Shown here piece by piece: positions 52,581-64,000 of a stretch of 64,000 nt of DNA. This DNA comes from Ylistrum balloti (Eukaryota): positions 1,798,001-1,862,000 of the forward strand of contig NW_026782015.1 in NCBI RefSeq assembly GCF_031769215.1, in the 5' to 3' direction. Under the pieces are notes generated by a model, which was not told the DNA's origin, made no database searches, and was given only the letters and a program-made list of their open reading frames with translations. Every line of letters begins with the position of its first letter. Within the stretch, counting starts at the first letter, position 1. Both the position numbers and the translations under genes were made by a program.

Positions 52581-53484
52581 GTTGTAGTATTTTTACATTA
52601 ATTTCAACTCAAGTTTCTTCATTTAACTTACTATCAACAAAGGAAACCACTCAACACCGAGTTGAAATTTAATAACACAATATGATGAAATACAACAATA
52701 TAATACAGACATGGAATTTCAATATACAATTATGATAAACTTCTTCATTAACAGAATTTTGTAAATTCCTCATATCACAACTTCTAGATAGAATGACAAA
52801 TGAATTCTTCATAGCACAAATTTCTATATACAGTCATCCAGTGAAAGGAATCTCCTACTTATCCGTCAAACTTATAATGGACAGATTCCTTGCTGACTTT
52901 ACACTCATTATCGTATTTCCAAGTGTGATTAATTAGAATATTTGTACACGTGTGACAACATAAGATATACTTAGAGCCCTTCTGTTGACCCATTACAGGC
53001 TTAGTGGTCAATTGTTTGGTGTAAATCGCGATGATCACTGACTTCCATACCACTCGCTATAATAACACAGACAGACTTAACTGATACATTGGCGACATAT
53101 CTCACGTGTCACTTCCCCGGACACAAACAAGTCACCTGAACCATGTTAATATAACCCATTGATCCTGTCATCACTTAGGCCTCTCTATCAACAAGGCTTT
53201 TGTTTACAAACAGTAGGTATTAGGAGGTTCTTATACTTGAGATATCCGTTGCTGCTGGTTCCTACCTGTCGTTGACACTCTCATCAGGATCACTGAATAT
53301 TTGATCAGTATTTGATCTACCCTTTAGCTGTTCAGGTTAAAATATGCACTTGTCAGCCTATAAGGTACATGACTCTAACATTTCACATCACTAAACAAAA
53401 CTCTACCAATACAGGGAAAGTCCCTTGTCTATATCTAAAAAAACTATGTAACCCTGAACACATGCAAACCAGCCTCCTCTGATC

Positions 53485-54430
53485 CTCATTGGTGTCCTGT
53501 TCCCCACAAATTGTAGACCCTCACCAGGCTGCTCTGGTATTCAATGGTGTCCTGTTCCCCACAAATTGTAGACCCTCACCAGGCTGCTCTGGTCTTCAAT
53601 GGTGTCCTGTTCCCTACAAATTGTAGACCCTCACCAGGCTGCTCTGGTATTCAATGGTGTCCTGTTCCCTACAATATTTTAGACCCTTATCAGACATCTA
53701 AACAATTCTGTAGACCCTCAGTGGACTACTCTCGCCTTGCCACTAGGGTGTCCTGTTCCCTACAATTCTGTAGATCCTCACCAGACTACTCTAGCCTCTA
53801 TGGTGTCCTGTTCCCTACAATTCTGTAGATCCTCACCAGACTACTCTAGCCTCTATGGTGTCCTGTTCCCCACAGTTCTGTAGACCCTCACCAGACTACT
53901 CTAGCCTCTATGGTGTCATGTTCCCTACAATTCTGTAGACCCTCACCAGACTACTCTAGCCTCTATGGTGTCCTGTTCCCCACAGTTCTGTAGACCCTCA
54001 CCAGACTACTCTAGCCTCTATGGTGTCCTGTTCCCCACAGTTCTGTAGACCCTCACCAGACTACTCTAGCCTCTATGGTGTCATGTTCCCTACAATTATG
54101 TAGACCCTCACCAGACTACTCTAGCCTCTATGGTGTCCTGTTCCCCACAGTTCTGTAGACCCTCACCAGACTACTCTAGCCTCTATGGTGTCCTGTTCCC
54201 CACAATTCTTTAGACCCTCACCAGACTACTCTAGCCTCTATGGTGTCCTGTTCCCCACAGTTCTGTAGACCCTCACCAGACTACTCTAGCCTGTATGGTG
54301 TCATGTTCCCCACAATTCTTTAGACCCTCACCAGACTACTCTAGCCTCTATGGTGTCATGTTCCCCACAATTCTGTAGACCCTCACCAGACTGCTCACAT
54401 CATCAATAGTGTCCTGTTCCCCACAGTTAA
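53485..54430. repeat. 55-bp minisatellite, about 17 copies
   Basis: Unit TGGTGTCCTGTTCCCYACAATTCTGTAGACCCTCACCAGACTACTCTAGCCTCTA. Confidence 0.9.
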
Positions 54431-54659
54431 TTGGTCTCCAATAACATTATCTGTCAGTCTGTAATTCTTGTTTAGTTATGTCAATACTTCATACATTGAT
54501 TGTGTCTGCCAGTTTGCCCAGTGAGTTTGGACTGCACAAAGAAATCTATTATGTTTTTGTTACATCTGGTAAATACCTAGGCTTAACCATATCAACACCG
54601 TTGACAAGGTTAATATTAATAAAAAGATTAATCTAATTTCATTACAGATTCTCTGAGCT

Positions 54660-55320
54660 GTCATATGATTTCCTTACAGATCCCTTACTCTCTCTGTGTG
54701 CTCTCTCTGTCATCCCATTTCACCACTGTTTCCTTGAGCTCTTTCTGCTTTGATATTTTATCACGGATTCTATCTCAGATTCCTTACTCTCTCTGTGAGC
54801 TCTATCTGTCATCCCATTTCACCAAAGTTTCTTTGGCTCTCTTTCTGGGATCTTTCTGTCATCCCATTTCACCAAAGTTAAATGAGTTCTCTCTGTTATC
54901 AGATTTTATCAGATTTCTTGAGCTCTCTTTCTAGACTCTCTCTGTCATCGTATTTCATGATGGAGAATCCTTGAGCTCTCTCTTATCAGATTTTATTACA
55001 GATTTCTCGAGCTCTCTTTCTGGGCTCTCTCTGTCATCTTATTTCATTATAGAGATTCTTTGAGCTCTTATGGTTGTCTGATTTCCTCACAGATTCTTTG
55101 AGTTGTCTCTGTGAGCTTTATCTGTGAGCTTTTTCTGTGAGCTTTATCTGTCTTTCAAATTTACCACAGATTCCTTAATCTCTCTGTCATCAGATTGTAT
55201 CACAGATTTCTTGAGCTCTCTATCTGGGCACTCTATGTGAGCTTTCTCTATCATCCATTTTCACCACAGATTCCTTAATCTCCCTGTCTTCTGTTTTTGT
55301 CATGGATTTCTAGAGCTCTA
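54660..55320. repeat. Degenerate pyrimidine-rich tandem repeat (CAGATTYCTTGAGCTCTCT...GTCATC)
   Basis: Recurring motifs, high divergence. Confidence 0.65.
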
Positions 55321-56044
55321 TCAGCTATCTATAAGGAATTTAGATCTTTGCTATACAACATTCTATACTGGTGTTTAAGTAGAGTGTTTGCTCTCAAGTT
55401 TACTTGACATTACTGTAAGGGAACTATTTAACATGTTCTTCTTTTTGTATAAATGAATTGTTTTATTGCTTAGAATAATTTAGAGCCATGACAGGTCGGT
55501 CCGTTATAGACAGCATTCCTCACAGATCTATAACCAGTCCACTGTTTACATTGGTGAATGGTAACTTCATTTGGCTTCATTCACCATTGAAATCGTTTGT
55601 AAATAAGGGTGTTTAAGGACGATTGATTTACATTCAGTATACAGTGTACAATGTATCAATGTGTATAGCCGGTGAGTAGTGATAGGTAAAATTCTACTTC
55701 TGTATGTTCAGGAATTCTGAGCCGTGTCAGTTCATCATGTCGTATGCTTACCACTGGAAAAGGATATCAAGCCGCGGAATGATATATATAACTGCATACT
55801 TCACACCTCTCACATTGAAATAGCGTTGGTGATAAACCACTTGTTCCACAGTCCACTAAAAACCTAACCCTCTCTTCATGGTAACCTATACCTATAACAC
55901 TGAGCAGATGCTTAACAGTGAATCAAATGACTTTACAGACACTTAATGAATTCTTCTGGAAAAATCATTGCTTCCTCATTTAAGTGACCTTGACCTACTT
56001 TTTTAATATACAGTGGATGCTTGTGAAAGAAACACTAAGTATTA

Positions 56045-56208
56045 TTCCCTACATAGGTGCCAGCTAGTGTCATTATTTATTTCAATGCCTCCACTAAGAT
56101 TCGAACCTTGGACCTCAGGGTTATTACTCTGACGCTCAACCGATGAAGCTAAAGAGAAGTTTTCTCTAGTCAAGCAATATGGTGTGGCAAGTATTTACCA
56201 GGATTACA
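56045..56208 (-). mobile_element. TRIM copy D: single tRNA-like LTR plus PBS; a decayed forward-strand LTR fragment follows at about 56263-56371
   Basis: TTCCCTACATAGGTGCCA is the reverse complement of the PBS; AGATTCGAACC is the reverse complement of a B-box; ends TTTACCAGGATTACA. Confidence 0.7.
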
Positions 56209-58804
56209 ACAATATATAAGAAACATTTTGTATGGGACACACAAAAATATACAAGTAGCAATAAACCTTGGCTAGAAGGAATTCGAGTGTTACACTTATA
56301 GGCAAGAGGTCCTGGTGTACCATGTTCGAATCCTAATGGAGACATTGAAAAAAAAAATTACCTCTGTTAAATTGCAAATATTGTTTTTAGGTCAAAGGTC
56401 AACAATTAGCACTAATTTAGCAAGGGTCAAAGACTGTAATTGGTAGAAACTGTAAGAATCTTCCGTTCAAAAGACCTAGGGTTTTGTTATTTGGTCGGCA
56501 GATCCTTTCTTCAAATAAATTCATGTAAACAGATAGTGGAATGTGATTATATCACAATACCTTTTTTTTTTGTCAAAATAATTCATCTTTTCTGCTTTCT
56601 GCTTTAACAATCAGTGTGATGGCCTCAGGGCTAATTTTCTGCTTCTGTCTAAGTGTTGAATTACACCAAACAGAAAGAAATCTTTACTTAAAGTGAATGG
56701 AATTATACTGGTTAGGCACCATGTAGTGCAGTTAGATGTTTATTGAGAAATGAATGTCCAGTAGTAGTTTGGTCACTGTTAACGTTATGAAAGGTGTGGT
56801 GATAATGGACCTGTAGATGGATTCCTGCCAGGTGATCTGTTGGAACGCCACCACACTGGGTCATCTCCGGGGTAGAAATCAATGTCGGACTGGTAGCTTT
56901 GTAGTGGACAGTGAGTTTTTGTATACCCGTGTGTTATTAAATGTCCTGGGTTTAATGCTTTAGTGTATCGCTGTTGTAAAACTTGTTGTGTATCGACAGT
57001 CGACAAACTGTTACCTTAATACCCAGTATTATTACAATGGAATGTGTTTGGTTGGGAAATAATAACACATTAGAAAAATTTAAATGATTGCTTGAAGTTT
57101 TAATTTCTCTGAGTGAAATATTATATTGCTAATAGCGTTTTAACATTTATGTTGTGGAGAGATTTTCCATGTGACTGTGTCAGGCAGTTCAGTGTTTATT
57201 TACACCCTGATAAAGTCATGGTATTGAAAGTTATGAGTGGTGAGAAAACAGTAATCGAAAATAACCAGGCCTGTACTGTACTTTAAAGTGCACAATCGTG
57301 TTTCTGACAACTTTATTCTCATGTAGGATAAGAACTCCTCAGAATGGCTTTTTCATGTGCCTCCTGTCTGACGTAGGACCTAGGAGACATGTTATACAAT
57401 TAGATTTCTTAAGTCTCCCTCCTCGACTATCAAAACTTTTGAATGTCAGATCCATGAAACAAGTCCATTTTAGAAGACATTCCATGTCAACATCAAGAAA
57501 AACTAATTTGTGAGTAAAAACAATGGTAATCCAGGGGGATATGGTAGCTGAATAGTGCTATTGTAGAAAAGATTTATACACCCGAAGTATAATGATAGAT
57601 TTGAGTCGACTATAATGCGCCCTTTTATACCTATATTGATTGTGTCAAATTGCTCGGCCAGGCTGTCTCTGTCCGCCAACACCTGGGTTAACTCCTGTCA
57701 GATATTAAATCCTCCTTCAAATGAACGGTGCACATAGATAATCAGTTGTGTGCGATATAGACATTCGGTGTAGCTGACGTATCAACGGTTGTCGTGAGAG
57801 GTAATAACTTATCACAGAAAGAGTATTAATTTATCTGATAAATATAAGAGAACTCAAAAAACATTTTAGGGCGAATTTATCTGTGTTTTAAAGTAATCGA
57901 AAACCTGCCAGGGAGAATTAAAGGAACTACAACATGTGAAACAGACATAGAGATTGCGGTGTCCTCGGTAATACAGACTCAATGTGACGTGTGTTTGATC
58001 TTTAATATCAGACAAAAGTGTATATAGATAGAAACCTTTGGAAAGAGTACTACATACAGACAATCAGTGAGTAAAGAACACTGTCACTGGTACTGTGAAC
58101 GGTTCCCTAGTGCCACAGACTTGTCAACACCACCAATGATTGCGTTTGGGGGCTGTGGACACTCACCTGTCCAACATTTACCTGTACGATCTGGCAGTTC
58201 TTTTAAGTGTTACCTGGAATAACAATGATTTTGTGAAGGTGTTAATCTTTCAGGACTGCATTAACTGGCAAATAGGTGGAATTTAAAAACTTCTGGTGAT
58301 CAGTCAATAGTAAAGAATCAATGGGATATTAATCCAAGGGTTGTAAGTACAAATGACCTATGTGTGAGTGGAGGTATGCTGTGACTTATACACTGTCCAT
58401 GGACCTTACACGGACAGATATCACCACAGTAATGTTATCATATCAACGTCATTCTGTACAAATTGTTGGAGAATCTGCCATTATTGGAAAATGTTAGTGA
58501 GGACAAATTGGATATTTTTATGTTGATAATTGGCTGATAACCTGCTTTAGGAACTTGTCTCGTTTGGAAGTAATATGTTTTTTATGGTCAACGATTGAAG
58601 GACAACATTTTTCCAACGGCACATCTGAGTCAAAGACACATCAGTTTGTGGTATGTTTTTTAATTTGTACTGTACAAAGTTTCTATTTGAACAAATCTGT
58701 TTGAACAAAGAAATCAAATTTCTGATTGATCTTGATTTTGACATTTCATTTAAAGTGTAAACTTGCAGTTTAATTAAGTGGATATTTCTGTTTACATTCC
58801 TATC

Positions 58805-59300
58805 TACTGACTTACCTGTGTCTCAGGTGTGGAATCATATCTAAAGACTTACCTGTGTCTCAGGTGTGGAATCATATCTAAAGACTTACCTGTGTCTCAG
58901 GTGTGGAATCATATCTAAAGACTTACCTGTGTCTCAGGTGTGGAATCATTTCTCTCCTGACTTACCTGTGTCTCAGGTGTGGAATCATATCTAAAGACTT
59001 ACCTGTGTCTCAGGTGTGGAATTTTCTCTCCTGACTTACCTGTGTCTCAGGTGTGGAATCATATCTAAAGACTTACCTGTGTCTCAGGTGTGGAATCATA
59101 TCTAAAGACTTACCTGTGTCTCAGGTGTGGAATTTTCTCTCCTGACTTACCTGTGTCTCAGGTGTGGAATCATATCTAAAGACTTACCTGTGTCTCAGGT
59201 GTGGAATTTTCTCTCCTGACTTACCTGTGTCTCAGGTGTGGAATTATCTCTCCTGAGTTACCTTTGTCTCAGGTGTGGAATAATTCCTACTCATTTACCT
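58805..59300. repeat. 37-bp minisatellite, two unit variants, about 13 copies
   Basis: GACTTACCTGTGTCTCAGGTGTGGAAT(CATATCTAAA/TTTCTCTCCT). Confidence 0.92.
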
Positions 59301-59838
59301 GTTTCAGGTATAAATTTGGTCATCATTTACATATCATACCGTGGGTCCATACTTACCATACTGAAGAAACTGTATATGAAGTTGCTATAAAGTACCTGTG
59401 TTTTAGAGGCATTCATTGTGAGCATGCTCAGAGAACTTTTGATTGACTTGACACATATTCAATATTAAAAAAAAGGGGGCGTGTTTAGTCTTAAGACTGC
59501 CTACATTTGAGAATTTATTTTGGATATTCCTTGGAGCAAATATCAAATCCATCACGCTTATGTCCATTGGTAAGTGATTCAAATTACAATCAAGATCTTA
59601 AATTGTGTGAAATTGTAAAGTGAAGTGATTATGTGATTAGACAAGTGAACAGAACAAAACACCTTCGTCTTTAAGTGATTAAACTCAGGTTCTCAATCTT
59701 AAAACGATCTCACTACAAAGGGCATTTTTACTTAATTAGATCATTATGAGAATAGACATAAGCCGCGCCTGAGGAGAGTTTGTGAGACAAAGAGAGGATA
59801 AGTTTGAAGTTTATATATACACACATACATTGATCACT

Positions 59839-60930
59839 ATGGCTGTGTCAGGTGGGCAGAGTGTAAGGGAAGACAACCAACCATCACTCACACAAGCAGA
59901 AAACAAACCATTGCTCACACGAGCAGATGAAAAACCATCGCTCGCACGAGCAGATGAAAAACCATCGCTCACTGAACAGCAGTACATGACTGCAGAGAAG
60001 CTATACATCCTTGGTGCAAAACTTGGCAATTTCCGTGTGATCGGGCCTTGGCATAACGTAGATTCAAAGTACCTGGAACAGCAAGTTGATCGCCTGGCAT
60101 TACCTACCTCCCGTCCCTGTAGCAGGGGACATAGTCACGGTGCATGGGCAGCCGAGGATAAATGTTTCAAAGACTTTGAACGACCTAAAACTTCTTACGA
60201 AATTTACAGAGATCAGCGTGACTTGAACTCCGGTAGGAGATCTGCAAGGAGTGGATATTCTTTACCTTTGATGCGCGAGCCTCGCAGTCGGTCTGCTATG
60301 ACAACCATGAGTTCCCGTGCAAGTACAACAAATGATAGCACATGGGTTGGCAGTCCTTATGAGAGTGTAACAGCAGAGGAGCTAGATGGAATAACAAAGC
60401 GTGTGACTCGTCCCACAGTGTCAAGTCAGGGAGGTAAAACAATCGCAGCGAAGTTCGAAAACAAGGATTACGTCTATGGATCACGGACAGCTTCTCCAGA
60501 TCAACTCCATGGCATTGTGAAACGTGTGACCCGTTCTACAGTAGCAAGTACTGGGGGAGCAGGTATCATTCGGAAGTACACAGATCATGTGATTGGAGGC
60601 CGCACAGTACTTACCTCAGAGCTGGAGGATGTAAACGGTCGCCTAACACGACACACTATAGCAAGCCTTGGTGGGGAACCAATAGCAAACAAAGACTTTA
60701 ACTATAATGCTCCGAAGATTACAAAAACAAACGTCCGTGTACCACATCTAGAAGAAAAACGCAAAAGGAGAATGACCAAGAAGGTCTCAGATGATCAGCT
60801 GCAGAACATTGTATCACGTCTCACAAAGTTAACCCCAGCATATAAGGCCAAGTACTCCCCAAGCCCTCATGTGTGGGTTGATGATGCTAAGAGGGGCCCT
60901 GCCCACATGCGACAACTGGCTGTGGCATGA
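59839..60930 (+). CDS. Single-exon uncharacterised protein (363 aa) with repeated L..I..R(L/V)T(R/K).T..S motif; possible microtubule- or cilium-associated protein
   Basis: Long non-repetitive ORF, first ATG at 59839; five degenerate copies of the motif at protein level. Function is inference. Confidence 0.8.
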   Translation: MAVSGGQSVREDNQPSLTQAENKPLLTRADEKPSLARADEKPSLTEQQYMTAEKLYILGAKLGNFRVIGPWHNVDSKYLEQQVDRLALPTSRPCSRGHSHGAWAAEDKCFKDFERPKTSYEIYRDQRDLNSGRRSARSGYSLPLMREPRSRSAMTTMSSRASTTNDSTWVGSPYESVTAEELDGITKRVTRPTVSSQGGKTIAAKFENKDYVYGSRTASPDQLHGIVKRVTRSTVASTGGAGIIRKYTDHVIGGRTVLTSELEDVNGRLTRHTIASLGGEPIANKDFNYNAPKITKTNVRVPHLEEKRKRRMTKKVSDDQLQNIVSRLTKLTPAYKAKYSPSPHVWVDDAKRGPAHMRQLAVA

Positions 60931-61224
60931 ATGTTCTTGTTAGAGTGATGAAACAAAAAAAGAACCCATTTAGCAAAGGATATCGTAAGGAGCAGCTTTA
61001 TCGGGTATTTCTAGTGATCATTACCGATAGGTGACAATGTGATTCGGAGGTCTTGTGAAGGATAAACTGAATAATATATTGATGAAAGTCTTAACGTCAG
61101 GTTTTTTTTCTTTCAAAAGGTGTTAGTTTGTTTTGAGACCACTGATGCTGCTCAGGTAAAGTCTGGTGATGTTCCCAATTCTTTTAAGGTAAAGTAACAG
61201 TAACACTCACCCTTAGTGTAGTTA

Positions 61225-62465
61225 ATTAAGTCTGTGATGTTCCTTTATATCTAGTAACAAAGACACTGTTACTGTATAAGTCTGAGATGTTCCTTGTATA
61301 TCTGTGATGTTCTGTTATATCTAGTAACAAAGATACTGTTTCTGTATATCTAGTAACAAAGACATTGTTATTGTTTAAGTCTGTGATGTTCCTTTATATC
61401 TAGTAACAAAGACACTGTTACTGTATAAGTCTGAGATGTTCCTTTATATCTAGTAACAAAGACATTGTTATTGTTTAAGTCTGTGATGTTCCGTTATATC
61501 TGGTAACAAATATACTGTTACTGTATAAGTCTGTGATGTTCCTTAATTTCTAGTAAAAAGATACGATTACTGTATAAGTCTGTGATGTTCCATAATAACT
61601 AGTAACAAAGGCACTGTTACTGTATATGTCTGGTAAAAAGACACTGTTACTGTATAAGTCTGTGATGTTCCTTTATAACTAGTAACAAAGACACTGTTTC
61701 TGTATAAGTCTGTGATGTTCCTTTATATCTAGTAACAAAGATACTGTTTCTGTAGAAGTCTGTGATGTTCCTTTGTATCTAATAACAAAGGCACTGTTAC
61801 TGTATAAGTCTGTGATGTTCCGTTATATCTGGTAACAAATATACTGTTACTGTATAAGTCTGTGATGTTCCTTAATTTCTAGTAAAAAGATACAGTTACT
61901 GTATAAGTCTGTGATGTTCCATAATAACTAGTAACAAAGGCACTGTTACTGTATATGTCTGTGATGTTCCTTTATATCTAGTAACAAAGACGCTGTTACT
62001 TTATAAGTCTGTGATGTTCCTTTATAACTAGTATCAAAGACAGTTACTGTATAAGTCTGAGATGTTCCTTTATATCTAGTAACAAAGATACTGTTTCTGT
62101 ATAAGTCTGTGATGTTCCTTTGTATCTAATAACAAAGGCACTGTTACTGTATAAGTCTGAGATGTTCCTTTATATCTAGTAACAAAGATACTGTTACTGT
62201 ATAAGTCTGTGATGTTCTGTTATATCTAGTAACAAAGACACTGTTACTGTATAAGTCTGTGATGTTCTGTTATATCTAGTAACAAAGACACTGTTACTGT
62301 ATAAGTCTGTGATGTTCTGTTATATCTAGTAACAAAGACACTGTTACTGTATAAGTCTGTGATGTTCCTTTATAACTAGTAACAAAAATACTGTATCTGT
62401 ATAAGTCTGTGATGTTCCGTTATATCTAGTAACAAAGGCACTGTTACTGTATAAGTCTGTGATAT
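61225..62465. repeat. 50-bp minisatellite, about 24 copies
   Basis: TATATCTAGTAACAAAGACACTGTTACTGTATAAGTCTGTGATGTTCTGT (62221, 62271). Confidence 0.92.
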
Positions 62466-62854
62466 CCTGATGTTTTTTTATATTCAACATCAGGGCCTTC
62501 TGGAATACTTGTTATATGTATTTTCGGATTTTAATTTTCAGAAATGAGAAAATACTATGCCATTTCTAACTTCATTATGAAGAAATAAAAACTGACAAAT
62601 TCATTCACCAATGATGAATACTTCCATCTGAATGTCTTGTATAGAAAATCAAACAAATTAAGTAAACTACCGATTTGTTTTTTTTAGAGTAGTGAATTTA
62701 CCAGAAAAAAGAAAATTACCGTCATTTACACAAAAAATCATTTATTACAAGTATTGAGGTATACAATTAGTTTATAGTTTGAACAATTTTTTATTCTAAA
62801 TCAAACAGAGAACTACCGATTTGAAAAATGCATGTTAGCATTAGGATTTATGCT

Positions 62855-63510
62855 TAAGTGTATCTGTATATTAAGTTCTGTTCTTTAGTGTTTCTGTGTG
62901 ATAGGACTTGTACTTTTGGTGTAGCAGTGTGATAGGACTTGTACTTTAGTGTATCTGTGTGATAGGACTTGTACTTTTGGTGTATCTGTGTGATAGGACT
63001 TGTACTTTAGTGTATCTGTGTGATAGGACTTGTACTTTAGTGTATCTGTGTGATAGGACTTGTACTTTTGGTGTATCTGTGTGATAGGACTTGTACTTTT
63101 GGTGTATCTGTGTGATAGGACTTGTACTTTAGTGTATCTGTGTGATAGGACTTGTACTTTAGTGTATCTGTGTGATAGGACTTGTACTTTAGTGTATCTG
63201 TGTGATAGGACTTGTACTTTAGTGTATCTGTGTGATAGGACTTGTACTTTAGTGTATCTGTGTGATAGGACTTGTACTTTTGGTGTAGCAGTGTGATAGG
63301 ACTTGTACTTTAGTGTATCTGTGTGATAGGACTTGTACTTTAGTGTTTCTGTGTCATAGGACTTGTACTTTAGTGTATCTGTGTGATAGGACTTGAACTT
63401 CAGTGTATCTGTGTGATAGGACTTGTACTTTTGGTGTTTCTGTGTGATAGGACATGTACTTTAGTGTATCTGTGTGATAGGACTTGAACTTCAGTGTATA
63501 TGTGTGATCT
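62855..63510. repeat. 30-bp minisatellite, about 21 copies
   Basis: GTGTATCTGTGTGATAGGACTTGTACTTTA. Confidence 0.92.
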
Positions 63511-64000
63511 GCCATGTATTGTATATGTATGTTATGTCCTGTTCTTTAGTGTAGCTGTTTGTTCTGACCAGCACTTTAGTTTATCTTTGTTTTCATCATA
63601 AGTTCTAACACTTTTGTGAAACATTTAATTTTCTATTTTTAAGGAGAAAATGAATGATGCCCAAATTATTTTGAACTTAAAACAATATTTTATTTTTACC
63701 ATCTGTATGTTCTATTTTTCCTGTATTACTTTTTTTTAATTGAGTGAATTTCTCAAAAATCTGTTGCATTATTTGTGTACAGTGTTATTTCCCTATTTAT
63801 CATCAGTATAGGAAACTTGTAGGGTTTGTCCCTAGACCAGAGGTACTACTTTGTACAGCAGAACAATTCTATTGTCACGCTATAGTTTAAAACTGATGAC
63901 GATTATCTTAGTAGATATATCTATATATATATTCTTTCTCCTTTTATAAATCTAATTGTACTTGTAGACTATTATATTAGCTTTACTTGAATACACTTAG

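Noticed and set aside
56785-57006. 73-aa minus-strand ORF as a coding exon
   Set aside because: No recognisable domain and no convincing flanking splice pair.

Overview
AT-rich, intron-rich animal genomic DNA with one 485-nt assembly gap (4485-4969). The repeat families and the very high minisatellite load suggest a lophotrochozoan, probably a bivalve; this is inference. I assembled genes by hand from splice signals: (1) the 5' coding exons of a USP20/USP33 deubiquitinase (minus strand, runs off the left edge); (2) a single-exon multi-pass membrane protein with XK-family-like motifs and a 20-Cys loop (10783-12303, +); (3) a complete 15-exon GPR107-like gene (31509-19083, -, 665 aa) with a repetitive insert after its furin-like site; (4) the first three exons of an NCS-1/frequenin-like calcium sensor (38344-43282, +), with no later exons found; (5) a single-exon RLxxPT-repeat protein (59839-60930, +). 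Mobile DNA includes CR1/L2-type LINE fragments, a decayed Tc1 transposon, a TIR MITE family, SINE fragments and 4-5 copies of a tiny LTR element (TRIM) whose LTRs carry a tRNA-like Pol III promoter. The most striking pattern is that many minisatellites are seeded at exon/intron junctions. They amplify the exon 3' end plus the GT splice donor, up to about 30 intact copies, or carry donor-inactivated copies. Most long ORFs in the supplied track are artefacts of these tandem repeats. All calls are manual readings without database searches.
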